From: Alphaproteobacteria bacterium
GTDB lineage: Bacteria > Pseudomonadota > Alphaproteobacteria > UBA7887
Reading direction: 5' to 3'
Assembly: GCA_030739735.1 (NCBI GenBank)
Contig: JASLYQ010000001.1
Span: forward strand, 159,633-223,632
DNA length: 64,000 bases
Below, in pieces: positions 10,960 to 23,387 of the stretch. The notes under the pieces were generated by a model. That model ran no database searches and was not told the DNA's origin. It saw nothing but the letters and a program-made list of their open reading frames with translations. Each line of letters begins with the position of its first letter. Positions within the stretch are counted from its first letter, which is position 1. Both the position numbers and the translations under genes were made by a program.

Positions 10960-11982
10960 ATGAACGACGGCAATCGACAAGTGGTTCTGGCAGCCCGCCC
11001 CGTGGGAGCGCCCAAGCTCGGCGATTTTCACCTGCAGGAAACGCGGCGGCCCGAGCCCGGGACCGGCGAGATGCTGATACGTACCCTTTGGCTCTCGCTT
11101 GACCCCTATATGCGCGGGCGTATGAACGCGCAGAAATCCTATGCGGAGCCGATACCCATCGGCGGTGTCATAGAAGGCGGCACGGTAAGCGTGGTCGAGG
11201 CGTCCAACCATGGCGACTATGCCGTCGGCGACATCATCGTCGGCCGTGCCGGCTGGCAGGAATGGGCAGTGTCCGCAGGCACAGGCATGCGCAAGATCAA
11301 CCCCAACGCAGGACCGCTCTCCGCCTCGCTCGGCGTGCTCGGCATGCCGGGCATGACCGCATATACGGGCCTGCTCAACATAGGCCAACCCAAGGCGGGC
11401 GAGACCGTAGTCGTGGCCGGCGCCTCGGGCGCGGTCGGCAGCGTGGTCGGGCAAATCGCAAGGATCAAGGGCTGTCGTGCTGTCGGCGTCGCCGGAGGTG
11501 CAGAGAAGTGCACCTTCACCACGGGCGAGCTTGGCTTCGACGCCTGCATCGACCACCGCGCACCCGATTTTGCAAATCAGCTCGGCGCCGCCTGCCCTGA
11601 CGGCATTGACGTCTATTTCGAGAATGTCGGCGGGCCGGTGCTGGAGGCAGTGTTCCCACTCATGAACATGTGGGGGCGCATGCCGGTTTGCGGCATGATC
11701 TCACACTACAACGACACCGCGCCGTCGCCCGGCCCCAACATGTTGCCCAAAGCGATGATGTTGATCCTCACCCGGCGCCTGATCCTACGCGGCTTCATCG
11801 TCAGAGACTATACGAGCCAACTGGACGATTTTCTGCGTGACGTGGGTGGTTGGGTGCGCGAGGGCAGGATCCGCTATCGCGAAGACGTGCTGGACGGTCT
11901 GGACAAGGCGCCCGAAGGCCTCATTGGGCTGCTGCAAGGCAATAACTTCGGCAAGCTGGTGGTCAAGGTGGCGGAGCTATGA
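10960..11982 (+). CDS. NADP-dependent oxidoreductase (CurA/YncB/PTGR family)
   Basis: LSLDPYMRGRM, GMPGMTAYTGL, GAVGSVVGQ, DVYFENVGG; GGAG RBS. Confidence 0.93.
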   Translation: MNDGNRQVVLAARPVGAPKLGDFHLQETRRPEPGTGEMLIRTLWLSLDPYMRGRMNAQKSYAEPIPIGGVIEGGTVSVVEASNHGDYAVGDIIVGRAGWQEWAVSAGTGMRKINPNAGPLSASLGVLGMPGMTAYTGLLNIGQPKAGETVVVAGASGAVGSVVGQIARIKGCRAVGVAGGAEKCTFTTGELGFDACIDHRAPDFANQLGAACPDGIDVYFENVGGPVLEAVFPLMNMWGRMPVCGMISHYNDTAPSPGPNMLPKAMMLILTRRLILRGFIVRDYTSQLDDFLRDVGGWVREGRIRYREDVLDGLDKAPEGLIGLLQGNNFGKLVVKVAEL

Positions 11983-12013
11983 GACGGGCCTGCCGCCCTG
12001 CTGATCTCCCCGC

Positions 12014-13162
12014 CTACAAACCCATCTGCCGCGCCGCGAGGTCGCGCATGATTTCTTCGGCGCCACCGCCGATGGCATTCACGCGCACCTCGCGGTAGAT
12101 GCGTTCGACCTTCTGGCCCCTCAGATAGCCGGCGCCACCGAAGGTTTGCACGGCCTCGCGAGCGCAGAACTCCATAGTCAGCGTTGCCTGGTTCTTGAGC
12201 AGGCAAATCTCGGCGACCGGGTCTTCTCCGTGGTCGATGCGCCAGGCGAGGGCTTCCAGCCAGGCCTGGGTCGCCTTGATGCGCATCGCCATGTCGACCA
12301 GCTTATGACGAACCACCTGGTGATCGATGAGGCGCTTGCCGAAGGTTTCGCGCTCCCGAGCATAGCCAACCGTCTCATCGAAGCAGACCTGGGAGAAGCC
12401 GTTGCACCCAGCTGCCATCATCAGCCGCTCGAAGTTGAAGTTCTGCATGATGATCTTGAATCCCTGGTTCTCCGCGCCGATGAGGTTCTCCGCCGGCACG
12501 CGCACATCGTCGAAATAAAGTGTCGCGGTATCGGAGGCGTGCCAGCCCATCTTCTTCAGCGGTGTGCGCGAAAAACCCGGCATGTCGGCCTCTATCAGCA
12601 ATAGGGAGATGCCGTGCATGCCCGCGCCGCCGGTGCGCACTGCCGTGGTGATGTAGTCGGCCTGAAGTCCCGAGGTAATGAAGGTCTTACTGCCCTTGAC
12701 GATATATTGCTTGCCCTCGCGCCGCGCCGTGGTCCGTAGGTTGGCGACATCAGACCCGCCCGTCGACTCGGTGATTGCCAGCGCCGCGATCTTCTCGCCC
12801 GCCAGAACCTCAGGCACGACACGCGCCCTCACCGCGTCCGTCGCCGCCCGGATGACCGGCGGCAGGCCGATGGCATGGCTGCATAGGCTGGCCGACACGC
12901 CACCGGCGCCAGCGCGCGCGAGCTCTTGTGCAGCGATGATCATGCTGAAGTGATCTGCCATCGCGCCCCCAGCCTTGACCGGGTGATAGGCCGCGATAAG
13001 CCCAATCTCACCGGCCTTGCGGAAAAGCGTGCGCGGCAGGCGCTCGGCATCCTCCCAGGCTTCGACGTTGGGATCAACCTCCATCTCGACAAAGCGGCGC
13101 AGGCTATCGCGCCAGACCTCGTGATCAGCGGTGTAGTACGGACTTGGTATCATGACCGACAT
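12014..13162 (-). CDS. Acyl-CoA dehydrogenase
   Basis: ALAITESTGGSD, GSKTFITSG, FNFERL, IGGGAEEI. Confidence 0.93.
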   Translation of the reverse strand: MSVMIPSPYYTADHEVWRDSLRRFVEMEVDPNVEAWEDAERLPRTLFRKAGEIGLIAAYHPVKAGGAMADHFSMIIAAQELARAGAGGVSASLCSHAIGLPPVIRAATDAVRARVVPEVLAGEKIAALAITESTGGSDVANLRTTARREGKQYIVKGSKTFITSGLQADYITTAVRTGGAGMHGISLLLIEADMPGFSRTPLKKMGWHASDTATLYFDDVRVPAENLIGAENQGFKIIMQNFNFERLMMAAGCNGFSQVCFDETVGYARERETFGKRLIDHQVVRHKLVDMAMRIKATQAWLEALAWRIDHGEDPVAEICLLKNQATLTMEFCAREAVQTFGGAGYLRGQKVERIYREVRVNAIGGGAEEIMRDLAARQMGL

Positions 13163-13366
13163 CCCTCCGATGAGCGGAAGTCACTATAGGACGGTTGCGA
13201 CTGCACGGCACTGTCTAACAGCTAAAATATTCTTACATATTACTAGTATGCCAATAGAATGCTCATAGAGGTCTGACTCAATTTTGGATTCCAATGGCTT
13301 GCCCACACTAGAAGCACAGTACAGTGTGACGCGATCGACGCGCGCGGCGGGATAGGCGAAAGAACC

Positions 13367-13996
13367 CTACCCCCGTTTCTCCTCCGTCCATTTCGGGCGA
13401 GGGTGGGTGATGATAGTTTCGACGGGAGAATAGTCGAGATAGCCAAGCCGGCCAACGGGGCGTAGCTTATTCCAGGCTACTATCCCGTTCTCGATCACGC
13501 GGTCGTCAATATGAATGCCTATGACCTCGCCAAATACCACGCTGTTGTCGGCCGGTGCGATTGAGCGCAGGCGCGTGGTCTGCACGTAGCGGCATTCGAG
13601 ATGCACTGGGCTACCGGCCACGCGCGGCGGCCTGACCACCTTGGACGCCTCGGTCTGTAGCCCAGCATAAGCAAATTCGTCGACCTCGTGCGGCGCCGGC
13701 ACTGAGGTGGCGTTCATGGCCTCGACAAGCTCTTGCGTGACCATGTTGACCACAAACTCACCCTGCGTTTCAACATTATGCACGGTGTCCTTGAGCCCGC
13801 CCTGCTCGTGGTGGCCAGAGGCCGCGAACATCACGTGCGGCGGCGTGTAAGAGAGCGCATTGAAGAACGAATAGGGCGCTAGGTTGACATTGCCGTCGGT
13901 GTCCATCGACGAAATCCAGCCGATCGGTCGCGGGACGACAAGGGCGTTAAACGGATTATGCCGCATACCATGCGGCTCGCCGGGCTTGTAGAACAT
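13367..13996 (-). CDS. Flavin reductase (DIM6/NTAB-like) family protein
   Basis: VPRPIGWIS, NLAPYSFF, KDT..N...GEFVVN, GRLG. Confidence 0.9.
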   Translation of the reverse strand: MFYKPGEPHGMRHNPFNALVVPRPIGWISSMDTDGNVNLAPYSFFNALSYTPPHVMFAASGHHEQGGLKDTVHNVETQGEFVVNMVTQELVEAMNATSVPAPHEVDEFAYAGLQTEASKVVRPPRVAGSPVHLECRYVQTTRLRSIAPADNSVVFGEVIGIHIDDRVIENGIVAWNKLRPVGRLGYLDYSPVETIITHPRPKWTEEKRG

Positions 13997-14020
13997 GCCT
14001 TCCCTCCCACAAAGAAAAGC

Positions 14021-14045
14021 CCCTCCCGCCGCGACGGCGGGAGGG
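14021..14045 (-). terminator. Intrinsic terminator-like hairpin downstream of the thiolase
   Basis: Perfect 11-bp stem CCCTCCCGCCG/CGGCGGGAGGG, followed on the minus strand by GCTTTTCTTT. Confidence 0.7.
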
Positions 14046-14060
14046 ACCGAATTTGTGCGC

Positions 14061-15245
14061 TTAGTTGACCTCGAACAGGCCGGCCGCGCCCATGCCGCCG
14101 CCGATGCACATGGTCACAACCACGTTCTTGGCGCCGCGGCGCTTACCTTCGATAAGCGCGTGGCCGGTCAGCCGAGCGCCGGACATGCCATAGGGGTGCC
14201 CGATAGAGATGGCGCCACCGTCGATATTGAGATTTTCGTTGGGGATGCCGAGCTTGTCGCGGCTGTAAATTACCTGCACCGCAAAAGCCTCGTTGAGTTC
14301 CCAGAGATCGATGTCATCCATGGTCAGGCCGTTGCGCTCCAAAAGCCGGGGTACAGCATAGACCGGCCCGATACCCATCTCGTCGGGCTCCAGCGCCGCG
14401 ACACTGAAACCGCGGAAAGTGCCGAGCGGCTCAAGGCCGCGCTGCTCGGCGAGCTTGGCATCCATCACCACGCAAGCCGAAGCACCATCCGAGAGCTGGC
14501 TGGCATTGCCGGCAGTGATGAAGCCACCCTCGCCGATCACCGGTTGCAGGCCCGCCAGGCCTTCCAATGTCGTGCTCGGTCGGTTGCCCTCGTCCTGCTC
14601 CAAGGTCACCGCCTGTTCGCTAGTCTCGCCGGTTTCCTTGTCGGCAACGATCTTGACGCTCGGTAGCGGCACGATCTCATCATCAAAGCGTCCAGCCTGC
14701 TGCGCCGCCGCTGTGCGCATCTGGCTTTGCAAGCCGTATTCGTCCTGGACCTCACGGCTAATACCATAGCGGTCGGCCACCACCTCGGCGGTCTGGATCA
14801 TGCTGTAGTAGATCTCGGGTTTGTGCTCGTCTAGCCATTCGTCATGGCCGCGATAACTGTTCTGGTGGTCGTTCTGCACCAGGCTAATTGAATCGAGACC
14901 ACCGGCAACCATCACCGGCACGTTGTCAACGATTACTCGCTGCGCCGCCATGGCAATGGTTTGCAGACCCGATGAACAAAAGCGATTGACCGTGGCACCG
15001 CTAGTGGTCACGGGTAGGCCCGCACGCAGCACCGCCTGGCGGGCAATATTGCCACCGGTGGCACCTTCCGGGATAGCACAGCCGAGCAACACGTCCTCAA
15101 CCTCCTCCGGATCGACGCCGGCACGCTCGACCGCATGCTTAATCACATGGCCGCCGAGTTCGGCACCGTGGGTGTTGTTGAAGGCACCGCGATAGGCTTT
15201 GCCGATCGGCGTACGTGCGGTTGAGACGATGACGGCTTCACGCAT
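14061..15245 (-). CDS. Acetyl-CoA C-acyltransferase (thiolase, PimB-like)
   Basis: [28 protein letters not shown]. Confidence 0.94.
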   Translation of the reverse strand: MREAVIVSTARTPIGKAYRGAFNNTHGAELGGHVIKHAVERAGVDPEEVEDVLLGCAIPEGATGGNIARQAVLRAGLPVTTSGATVNRFCSSGLQTIAMAAQRVIVDNVPVMVAGGLDSISLVQNDHQNSYRGHDEWLDEHKPEIYYSMIQTAEVVADRYGISREVQDEYGLQSQMRTAAAQQAGRFDDEIVPLPSVKIVADKETGETSEQAVTLEQDEGNRPSTTLEGLAGLQPVIGEGGFITAGNASQLSDGASACVVMDAKLAEQRGLEPLGTFRGFSVAALEPDEMGIGPVYAVPRLLERNGLTMDDIDLWELNEAFAVQVIYSRDKLGIPNENLNIDGGAISIGHPYGMSGARLTGHALIEGKRRGAKNVVVTMCIGGGMGAAGLFEVN

Positions 15246-15275
15246 GACTGCACTCCCATTGTGATAGCGTATCGG

Positions 15276-17366
<2,091 letters not shown>

Positions 17367-17693
17367 GAGGCCCGCGTCCTTTGCAAGAATGGGAAAGCCC
17401 CGGCAAGAAAGCCCGCTGGGCACCCCGCGTCAATCGCTAATGCGGAAGGGCCGGTCTGCGCTCAGCGTATTGACACAGCCCACGCGGTTACATTGCGCGA
17501 GGCAGGAGCAAGCCGCGCCATCTGATGCGACTGCTTCAGGCGCCAGTAGGGAAGGGAACCGGCGTGACTGAGGACGAAGGGTAAGCGGGTATAACTGACC
17601 CCGTGCTCGCCGGATATTCGCCCCGCGGTTGGGACTTGCCGCCTGACCTAGGGCCGAATGTTGCGGCAAACTACTGATCTCAAGTAACACTTT

Positions 17694-18551
17694 CTACGCC
17701 GCACCCAGCCTTTTCAAATATGAGTAAACACGGGTGAAGTCGGCGCCCGGCATGGCGTCGTGCATGGCAGCGAGAGTCTCGCCCACTTGCCGCGCGACCT
17801 TTTCGCGGGCGCCGATGCGCTCGGCTTCAGCCAGATAGAGCGCCACGTCCTTGCTCAGGAGATCAACCGTGAAGCCAGCATCGTAGCGGCCGTTCAATAT
17901 GCGGGTCGGAAATTTATCTGACGTGGCCGTGTTTTGGCCGCTGGAGACGTTGAGCACGTCGATGATCACTTTTGGGTTGAGCCCGTGCGCCTCGCCGAAC
18001 AGCACGACCTCGCTGGTGGCAACCATAGCGACGCCCGAGAGCAGATTGTTGAGCAGCTTCATGGTCTGGCCCTGGCCCGGCGCGGGGCCGATGTAGAAGA
18101 GATTCTTGGCCATGGTCTTGAGCGCCGGCGTGGCGCGCTCAAACTCTGCGGACTCGCCCGAGACCATCATCGCCAGGGTGCCCCGCACCGCTCCGCGGGT
18201 GCCGCCCGAGACCGGCGCATCGAGATAGGTGATACCGGCTTCGGCCAGCAGCCCGTGTACGCGCACTGCCGCTTCCGGGCCGATGGTCGAATGGTCGAAC
18301 ACACAGCCCGTCCAGCCACTCTCCACGATCTCGCTTGCCACTGCCTCGACCGCCGAGCCATCAGGCAGTGACAGCAGCGCCACACCAGCACCGGCCAGCG
18401 CCTCCGCCACCGAGTCGGCGGCCGTGCCGCCATCGGGCAGCCGCTCGGCCGTGCCCGCGGCATCGTACCCGATCAGAGCATAACCGGCGTCCGCCAGCCG
18501 CGCCGCCATACGCGCGCCCATCTGCCCGAGCCCAATAAAGGCGGTGCGCAT
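17694..18551 (-). CDS. NAD(P)-dependent beta-hydroxyacid dehydrogenase (3-hydroxyisobutyrate DH family)
   Basis: FIGLGQMG, LDAPVSGG, KLLNN. Confidence 0.9.
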   Translation of the reverse strand: MRTAFIGLGQMGARMAARLADAGYALIGYDAAGTAERLPDGGTAADSVAEALAGAGVALLSLPDGSAVEAVASEIVESGWTGCVFDHSTIGPEAAVRVHGLLAEAGITYLDAPVSGGTRGAVRGTLAMMVSGESAEFERATPALKTMAKNLFYIGPAPGQGQTMKLLNNLLSGVAMVATSEVVLFGEAHGLNPKVIIDVLNVSSGQNTATSDKFPTRILNGRYDAGFTVDLLSKDVALYLAEAERIGAREKVARQVGETLAAMHDAMPGADFTRVYSYLKRLGAA

Positions 18552-18625
18552 GGTTTTGCTCCTCACTTGCATGCTTGGTTCAGACCGTGCCAGCTTAGCA
18601 GCCGCATATTGCAGGGAGGAAGCCC

Positions 18626-19090
18626 GTGAGAGAGATCGAAAGTTTCGAGGCCATGCGCGCCCTGGTCGGCGAGGAGCTTGGCGTCAGCAGCTGGGTCGAT
18701 GTGACCCAGGAACGTATCGATAAGTTCGCCGAAGCAACGGGTGACTTCCAATGGATCCACGTGGACCCAAAGCGTGCCAAGACCGAGCTGCCGGGGGGCA
18801 AGACTATCGCCCACGGCTATCTCACGTTGTCACTGGTGCCGATGATGATGTACGAGATCTACAAGATCGTCAACGTCACCCACGGGCTGAACTACGGCGC
18901 CAATAAGATTCGCTTCACAGCGCCGGTGCCAGCGGGCGTGCGCGTACGCGGGCGCCTGCGCATCAAGAACACCGAGGACATGCCCAATAACGGCCTCAAG
19001 ATCTTCGGCGAGGTCACGGTTGAGATAGAAGGCGCTGAGCGCCCCGCCTGCGTGGCGGAAACAATCAGCGTGGCCTACAGCGCCACTTAA
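18626..19090 (+). CDS. MaoC family (R)-hydratase
   Basis: FAEATGDFQWIHVD, TIAHGYLTL, NYGANKIRF. Confidence 0.93.
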   Translation: MREIESFEAMRALVGEELGVSSWVDVTQERIDKFAEATGDFQWIHVDPKRAKTELPGGKTIAHGYLTLSLVPMMMYEIYKIVNVTHGLNYGANKIRFTAPVPAGVRVRGRLRIKNTEDMPNNGLKIFGEVTVEIEGAERPACVAETISVAYSAT

Positions 19091-19136
19091 GCCGCGGCGA
19101 ATGTAGGTTGTGCCTTGGATCGAGTTACAAGAATAC

Positions 19137-20627
19137 CTAAGTCTGTAACCGCTCGCGTAAAGCGACCTTGACCACCTTACCATAGTTGTTCTTAGGGAGC
19201 TCGTCGATAGCAAGGTAGGACTTAGGGCGCTTGAAGCGAGCAATGTTTTCCAAGCATAGCACATCCAGCGCCACGGGGTCGATGTCGACCCCCTTTTGCA
19301 TGACCACGAAGGCCACTACCTCTTCGCCCCATTCGGGATGAGGGCGCCCAACCACCGCAGCTTCGCGCACATCGGCGTGGCGCAGCAGCACTTCCTCAAC
19401 CTCACGCGGATAGATGTTGCTGCCGCCCGAAACGATCATGTCCTTTGAGCGGTCACGCAACGTCAAAAAGCCATCTTCATCGAGCACCCCGACATCGCCC
19501 GTGCGCAGCCAGCCGTCGCGCAGGGCCTCGGCTGTCGCTTCCAGATCGTTCCAGTAGCCGAGCATAACCGCAGGCCCCTTGACTTCGATCTCACCCACCT
19601 CGCCCGCCTCCAGCGCCTGGCCATCCTCGCCGGTGATGCGCAGCTCGACCGCGCTTTCCGCGAGGCCGACCGATGACAGGTACTCACGCGACTCGTGCCA
19701 GCGGCGACTCAGCGCCGTGATGGTCATGGGCGATTCAGCCTGGGCGTAGATCTGGATAAAACGCTGACCCATGACTGCGATAGCCTTCTCGATATCGGCG
19801 AGATACATTGGCCCACCGCCATAGATCACGGACTTGATGCCGTCGCCGTCCATGCCGCGCACCTTGGCCGCATCCACTAGGCGACGCACCATCGTCGGGG
19901 CCGCAAACAGCGAGACGTTGCGCAAGGTTTGGGCTAGATCCAGAACCTCGGCTGCGTCAAAGCCGCCGGACGCGGGCACGACGTGGCGGGCGCCGGCGCG
20001 CACGTTCTGAAAATTGTAGACACCGGCGCCATGCGACATGGGCGCGGCATAGAGGATAGCGTCGCTGGGCGCGATCGCCTCGACGTCCATGACATAGCAC
20101 AGCGCCTGCACGACGAGATTGCCGTGCGACAGCATAACGCCCTTTGGCCGGCCCGTGGTACCGGAGGTATAGAACAGCCAGGCGAGATCATTCTCTTTGC
20201 GTGATAACGGCCGTGGTGGTCCCTTGCCTTCCCGCATCACAGCATGCGCCGACTCGTCTACGGAAAGGACGGTGGCGTCGGTATTCAGCACAGCCGCGGT
20301 GGTAGCGTCGCAATAGACAACCTTGCAGCCCGCATTATCGAGAATCCACTCCGCCTCGCGGGGATGCAGCTTGGCATTGATTGGTACCACCGCCGCGCCC
20401 AGCCACCAGATGCCGTAAAGCACTTCGAGATACTCGATGCGGTTCTTCATGAGGACGCCTACGCGGTCACCAGAGACAACGCCGTAATCACGCGCCAGCC
20501 CACCCCCCAGCGCCGAAGCGCGACGGGCAAATTCCTGATAATCCGCCACCATCCTCTGGCCACAAAACAGTGCTGGCGCCTCTGGGCGCGTGTGGGCGGT
20601 GCGATATAACCACTCAGCTAGATTCAT
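19137..20627 (-). CDS. AMP-forming acyl-CoA synthetase
   Basis: YTSGTTGRPKG, RTGD, SGGSNIYPREVE, LPKNNYGKV. Confidence 0.93.
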   Translation of the reverse strand: MNLAEWLYRTAHTRPEAPALFCGQRMVADYQEFARRASALGGGLARDYGVVSGDRVGVLMKNRIEYLEVLYGIWWLGAAVVPINAKLHPREAEWILDNAGCKVVYCDATTAAVLNTDATVLSVDESAHAVMREGKGPPRPLSRKENDLAWLFYTSGTTGRPKGVMLSHGNLVVQALCYVMDVEAIAPSDAILYAAPMSHGAGVYNFQNVRAGARHVVPASGGFDAAEVLDLAQTLRNVSLFAAPTMVRRLVDAAKVRGMDGDGIKSVIYGGGPMYLADIEKAIAVMGQRFIQIYAQAESPMTITALSRRWHESREYLSSVGLAESAVELRITGEDGQALEAGEVGEIEVKGPAVMLGYWNDLEATAEALRDGWLRTGDVGVLDEDGFLTLRDRSKDMIVSGGSNIYPREVEEVLLRHADVREAAVVGRPHPEWGEEVVAFVVMQKGVDIDPVALDVLCLENIARFKRPKSYLAIDELPKNNYGKVVKVALRERLQT

Positions 20628-20633
20628 AGCCGG

Positions 20634-21410
20634 CTACATGGCCGTAATGCCGCCGTCGAGCACGAATTCGGTGCCGGTCATAAACTTCGATTCATCAGAG
20701 GCCAAATAGACGATACCCCAGGCGATGTCGTCGGGCTCGCCCATATGGCCGAGAGGAATCTGGCGCTCGAGCTTGGCCTTGGTCTTGGCGGGATCGGGTG
20801 AGCCCTCGTACATGGCCTTGACCATGGGCGTGTCGATAAAGGTCGGATGCACCGAGTTGCAGCGGATGTTGTAGCCCTGGCGCGCGCAATAGAGTGCGAC
20901 AGATTTGGTCAGCAGCCGCACCGCACCCTTGCTGGCGTTGTAGGCGGCGAGGTTGTGGCCACCGATCAGCCCCGAGACAGACGAGATGTTGACGATCGAA
21001 CCACCCGCCCCGTCCTCGCGCGAGGTCTGCTTGATCGCCGCGACACCGTACTTACAACCGAGAAAAACGCCGTCTGAATTGACCGCCTGGGTGCGTGTCC
21101 AGTCCTCGAACGAGGTCTCCTCGACATTGCCCATCTCTGCGATGCCGGCGCTGTTGACCAGCACATCGAGGCGGCCATGACGGGTTAGCGCCACCTCAAC
21201 CACCGCCTGCCAGCCGGCCTCGTGGGTGACATTATGCTCGAGAAACAGAATGTCGCCGCCTATCTCCGCCGCCACCGCATGGCCCGCTTCGGCCTGGATA
21301 TCGGTAATCACTACCCGCGCACCCTCCTCTACCATGCGCTCGGCACTGCGCCTGCCGATGCCCGATGCCCCGCCCGTGATCAATGCGACCTTGCCATCCA
21401 ACCGTGCCAT
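20634..21410 (-). CDS. SDR oxidoreductase (3beta-HSD/cyclopentanol dehydrogenase-like)
   Basis: TGGASGIG, YNASK, IRCNSVHP. Confidence 0.92.
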   Translation of the reverse strand: MARLDGKVALITGGASGIGRRSAERMVEEGARVVITDIQAEAGHAVAAEIGGDILFLEHNVTHEAGWQAVVEVALTRHGRLDVLVNSAGIAEMGNVEETSFEDWTRTQAVNSDGVFLGCKYGVAAIKQTSREDGAGGSIVNISSVSGLIGGHNLAAYNASKGAVRLLTKSVALYCARQGYNIRCNSVHPTFIDTPMVKAMYEGSPDPAKTKAKLERQIPLGHMGEPDDIAWGIVYLASDESKFMTGTEFVLDGGITAM

Positions 21411-21495
21411 GCCGACCCCCTATGCTGCGTCCGGGACCACGATACGCGCCTGCATAGCTTGACTCAATTGGCACCTCACGCCCAAATGTGCCGAC

Positions 21496-22392
21496 ATGAG
21501 GGACGCCGTGACCACAACACCATCAGCCGCAGACACACACCCGCGCCAGCGCGCGACGGTGCTCGATTCCGAGATCACTTATGTCGATACCGGCAAGACG
21601 GACGGCCGCCCGTTGGTGTTCCTACACGGTAATCCGACCTCGTCCTATCTCTGGCGCAATATCATTCCGCACCTGGCCGAGGGCAATCGGTGCTTGGCAC
21701 CGGATTTGATCGGCATGGGCGATTCCGGTGGCGCGTCGAACGACGACTACAGCTTTGCCACCCACGCGCGTTATCTCGATGCCTGGCTTGCAATCATGGA
21801 CCTGCGCGATACAGTCTTGGTAGTGCATGACTGGGGTTCAGCGCTGGGCTTCCACTGGGCCTATCGCAACCAGGACCGAGTCGCCGGCATCGCCTACATG
21901 GAAGCCTTGGTACGCCCGGTCCGCTGGGCCGACTGGCCCGACAGCGCACGCGAGTTCTTCCAGGCGCTGCGCTCGCCCGCAGGCGAGGAAATGGTACTGG
22001 AGAAGAACCTATTCGTGGAGGTGCTGCTGCCGCGCGCAATATTGCGCGGGCTGACGGATGCTGAGATGGCGCACTACCGCAAGCGCTACACGCAGCCCGG
22101 CGAGTCGCGCCGCCCGACGCTGACTTGGCCGCGCCAGATCCCTATCAATGGCGAGCCGGCAGACGTGGTGGCCATCGCCGAAGCCTATTCAGCGTGGATG
22201 GCGGCAAGCGACCTGCCCAAGCTTTTCATAAATGCCGAGCCCGGCAGCATCCTCGTCGGCGAGCAACGCGAGTTCTGTCGCGCCTGGCCCAACCAGACCG
22301 AGATCACGGTGCCTGGGCTGCATTTCATCCAGGAGGACTCGCCTGATCAGATCGGCGAGGCGGTGAGCGACTTCGTAGCGCACCTCGGCTAA
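21496..22392 (+). CDS. dhaA: Haloalkane dehalogenase (HLD-II, DhaA/LinB-like)
   Basis: LHGNPTSSYLW, HDWGSALG (Asp nucleophile and Trp), TLTWPRQIP, GLHFIQED. Confidence 0.9.
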   Translation: MRDAVTTTPSAADTHPRQRATVLDSEITYVDTGKTDGRPLVFLHGNPTSSYLWRNIIPHLAEGNRCLAPDLIGMGDSGGASNDDYSFATHARYLDAWLAIMDLRDTVLVVHDWGSALGFHWAYRNQDRVAGIAYMEALVRPVRWADWPDSAREFFQALRSPAGEEMVLEKNLFVEVLLPRAILRGLTDAEMAHYRKRYTQPGESRRPTLTWPRQIPINGEPADVVAIAEAYSAWMAASDLPKLFINAEPGSILVGEQREFCRAWPNQTEITVPGLHFIQEDSPDQIGEAVSDFVAHLG

Positions 22393-22541
22393 GGCGTTGC
22401 ACGAGACTGGCTGTTTTTCTCATCTTCGGCCAATACAAGTCTTTGACTATTAAACAAAAATCTGTACCTAGCTTATTTCGTAATTCCCGGTGCCACACGT
22501 TCGGTGACCAGGAGATAGACTCCGGCGAACAGAGAATTCAC

Positions 22542-22634
22542 TGACTGGCACCTAGCCCCTCGTCCGGCAAATGAAGGGGCACGCGGAGAAACGGAGGATT
22601 CGCGTTTGACGGATTTGATGAGGGATGCCAGTCA
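22542..22634. ncRNA. Candidate structured RNA (three-stem junction with possible pseudoknot)
   Basis: TGACTGGCA/TGCCAGTCA closing stem, two internal hairpins, and complementarity between a loop and a linker; no family recognised. Confidence 0.3.
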
Positions 22635-22782
22635 ACGGCGGTACCGATCAGACGCAATACCTTCGCGCTGCCACGAGGGAGGGCGCCGGAAGACGCCGAA
22701 TGTGATCGCCGGAATCGCAAATGGTACTCGCCCTTGCAAAGCGCCCGCGGCCCTGCCCACAATGTGCCACGGGAGGGCGATT

Positions 22783-23091
22783 ATGCGTAGTCATCATGAT
22801 ATGGGCGGTGAGCCGGCCGGGCCAGTCGAGATCACCGAGGACGACTACGACGTCTGGGAGAAGCGCATCGACGCGCTGCTTTCCTTGCTCATCCAGGAAG
22901 AGAAGATCATGCGCGTCGACGAGCTGCGCCGCGGCATCGAGGCACTGGCGCCAAATGCCTATGCGTCTTTGAGCTATTACGAGCGCTGGATTGCCTCCAT
23001 CGCCGCTATTCTCGTCGAAAAAGACGTGCTGGGTCAGGACGAGGTCGACGCGCGCGTGGCTGTAGTGGCGGCGCGGGAGGGCGAAGCATGA
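22783..23091 (+). CDS. Nitrile hydratase beta N-terminal half / thiocyanate hydrolase beta (ScnB)-like subunit
   Basis: HDMGG, WEKR, DELRRGIE, SYYERW; GGGAGG RBS. Confidence 0.88.
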   Translation: MRSHHDMGGEPAGPVEITEDDYDVWEKRIDALLSLLIQEEKIMRVDELRRGIEALAPNAYASLSYYERWIASIAAILVEKDVLGQDEVDARVAVVAAREGEA

Positions 23092-23387
23092 GTCGCTTTG
23101 CCGTCAGCGAGCGCGTACAGGTCGCCTTCCACGACCCGCCCGATACCCCGCGCAAGCCGCATCTGCGCACGCCCTGGTACGTGCGTGGCAAAAGCGGTGA
23201 GATCGAGCGCATCTGCGGCGAATTCCGCAATCCCGAAGGCCTGGCCTATGGTGAGGACGGCCTGCCCAAGCAGACACTGTATCGCGTACGGTTCTCCCAA
23301 TCCCATCTCTGGCCAGATTATGCGGGCCCGGCTCACGACTGCGTCGAGGTCGAGATCTACGAGCATTGGTTGGAGCGGACGTCATGA
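23088..23387 (+). CDS. Nitrile hydratase beta C-terminal SH3-like half / thiocyanate hydrolase alpha (ScnA)-like subunit
   Basis: HLRTPWYVRGKSG, NPE, LYRVRF, LWPDY, EIYEHWLE; ATGA overlaps at both ends. Confidence 0.88.
   Translation: MSRFAVSERVQVAFHDPPDTPRKPHLRTPWYVRGKSGEIERICGEFRNPEGLAYGEDGLPKQTLYRVRFSQSHLWPDYAGPAHDCVEVEIYEHWLERTS

Noticed and set aside
13225-13260. dif-like (XerCD) site in an AT-rich spacer; a similar TAGTGTTAAAT occurs at about 49981
   Set aside because: Arm sequences and spacer length do not fit the 11-6-11 dif consensus.
22556-22567. CCGGACGAGG on the minus strand resembling the start of a guanidine-III riboswitch
   Set aside because: The remaining conserved elements are absent, and no gene lies downstream on that strand.
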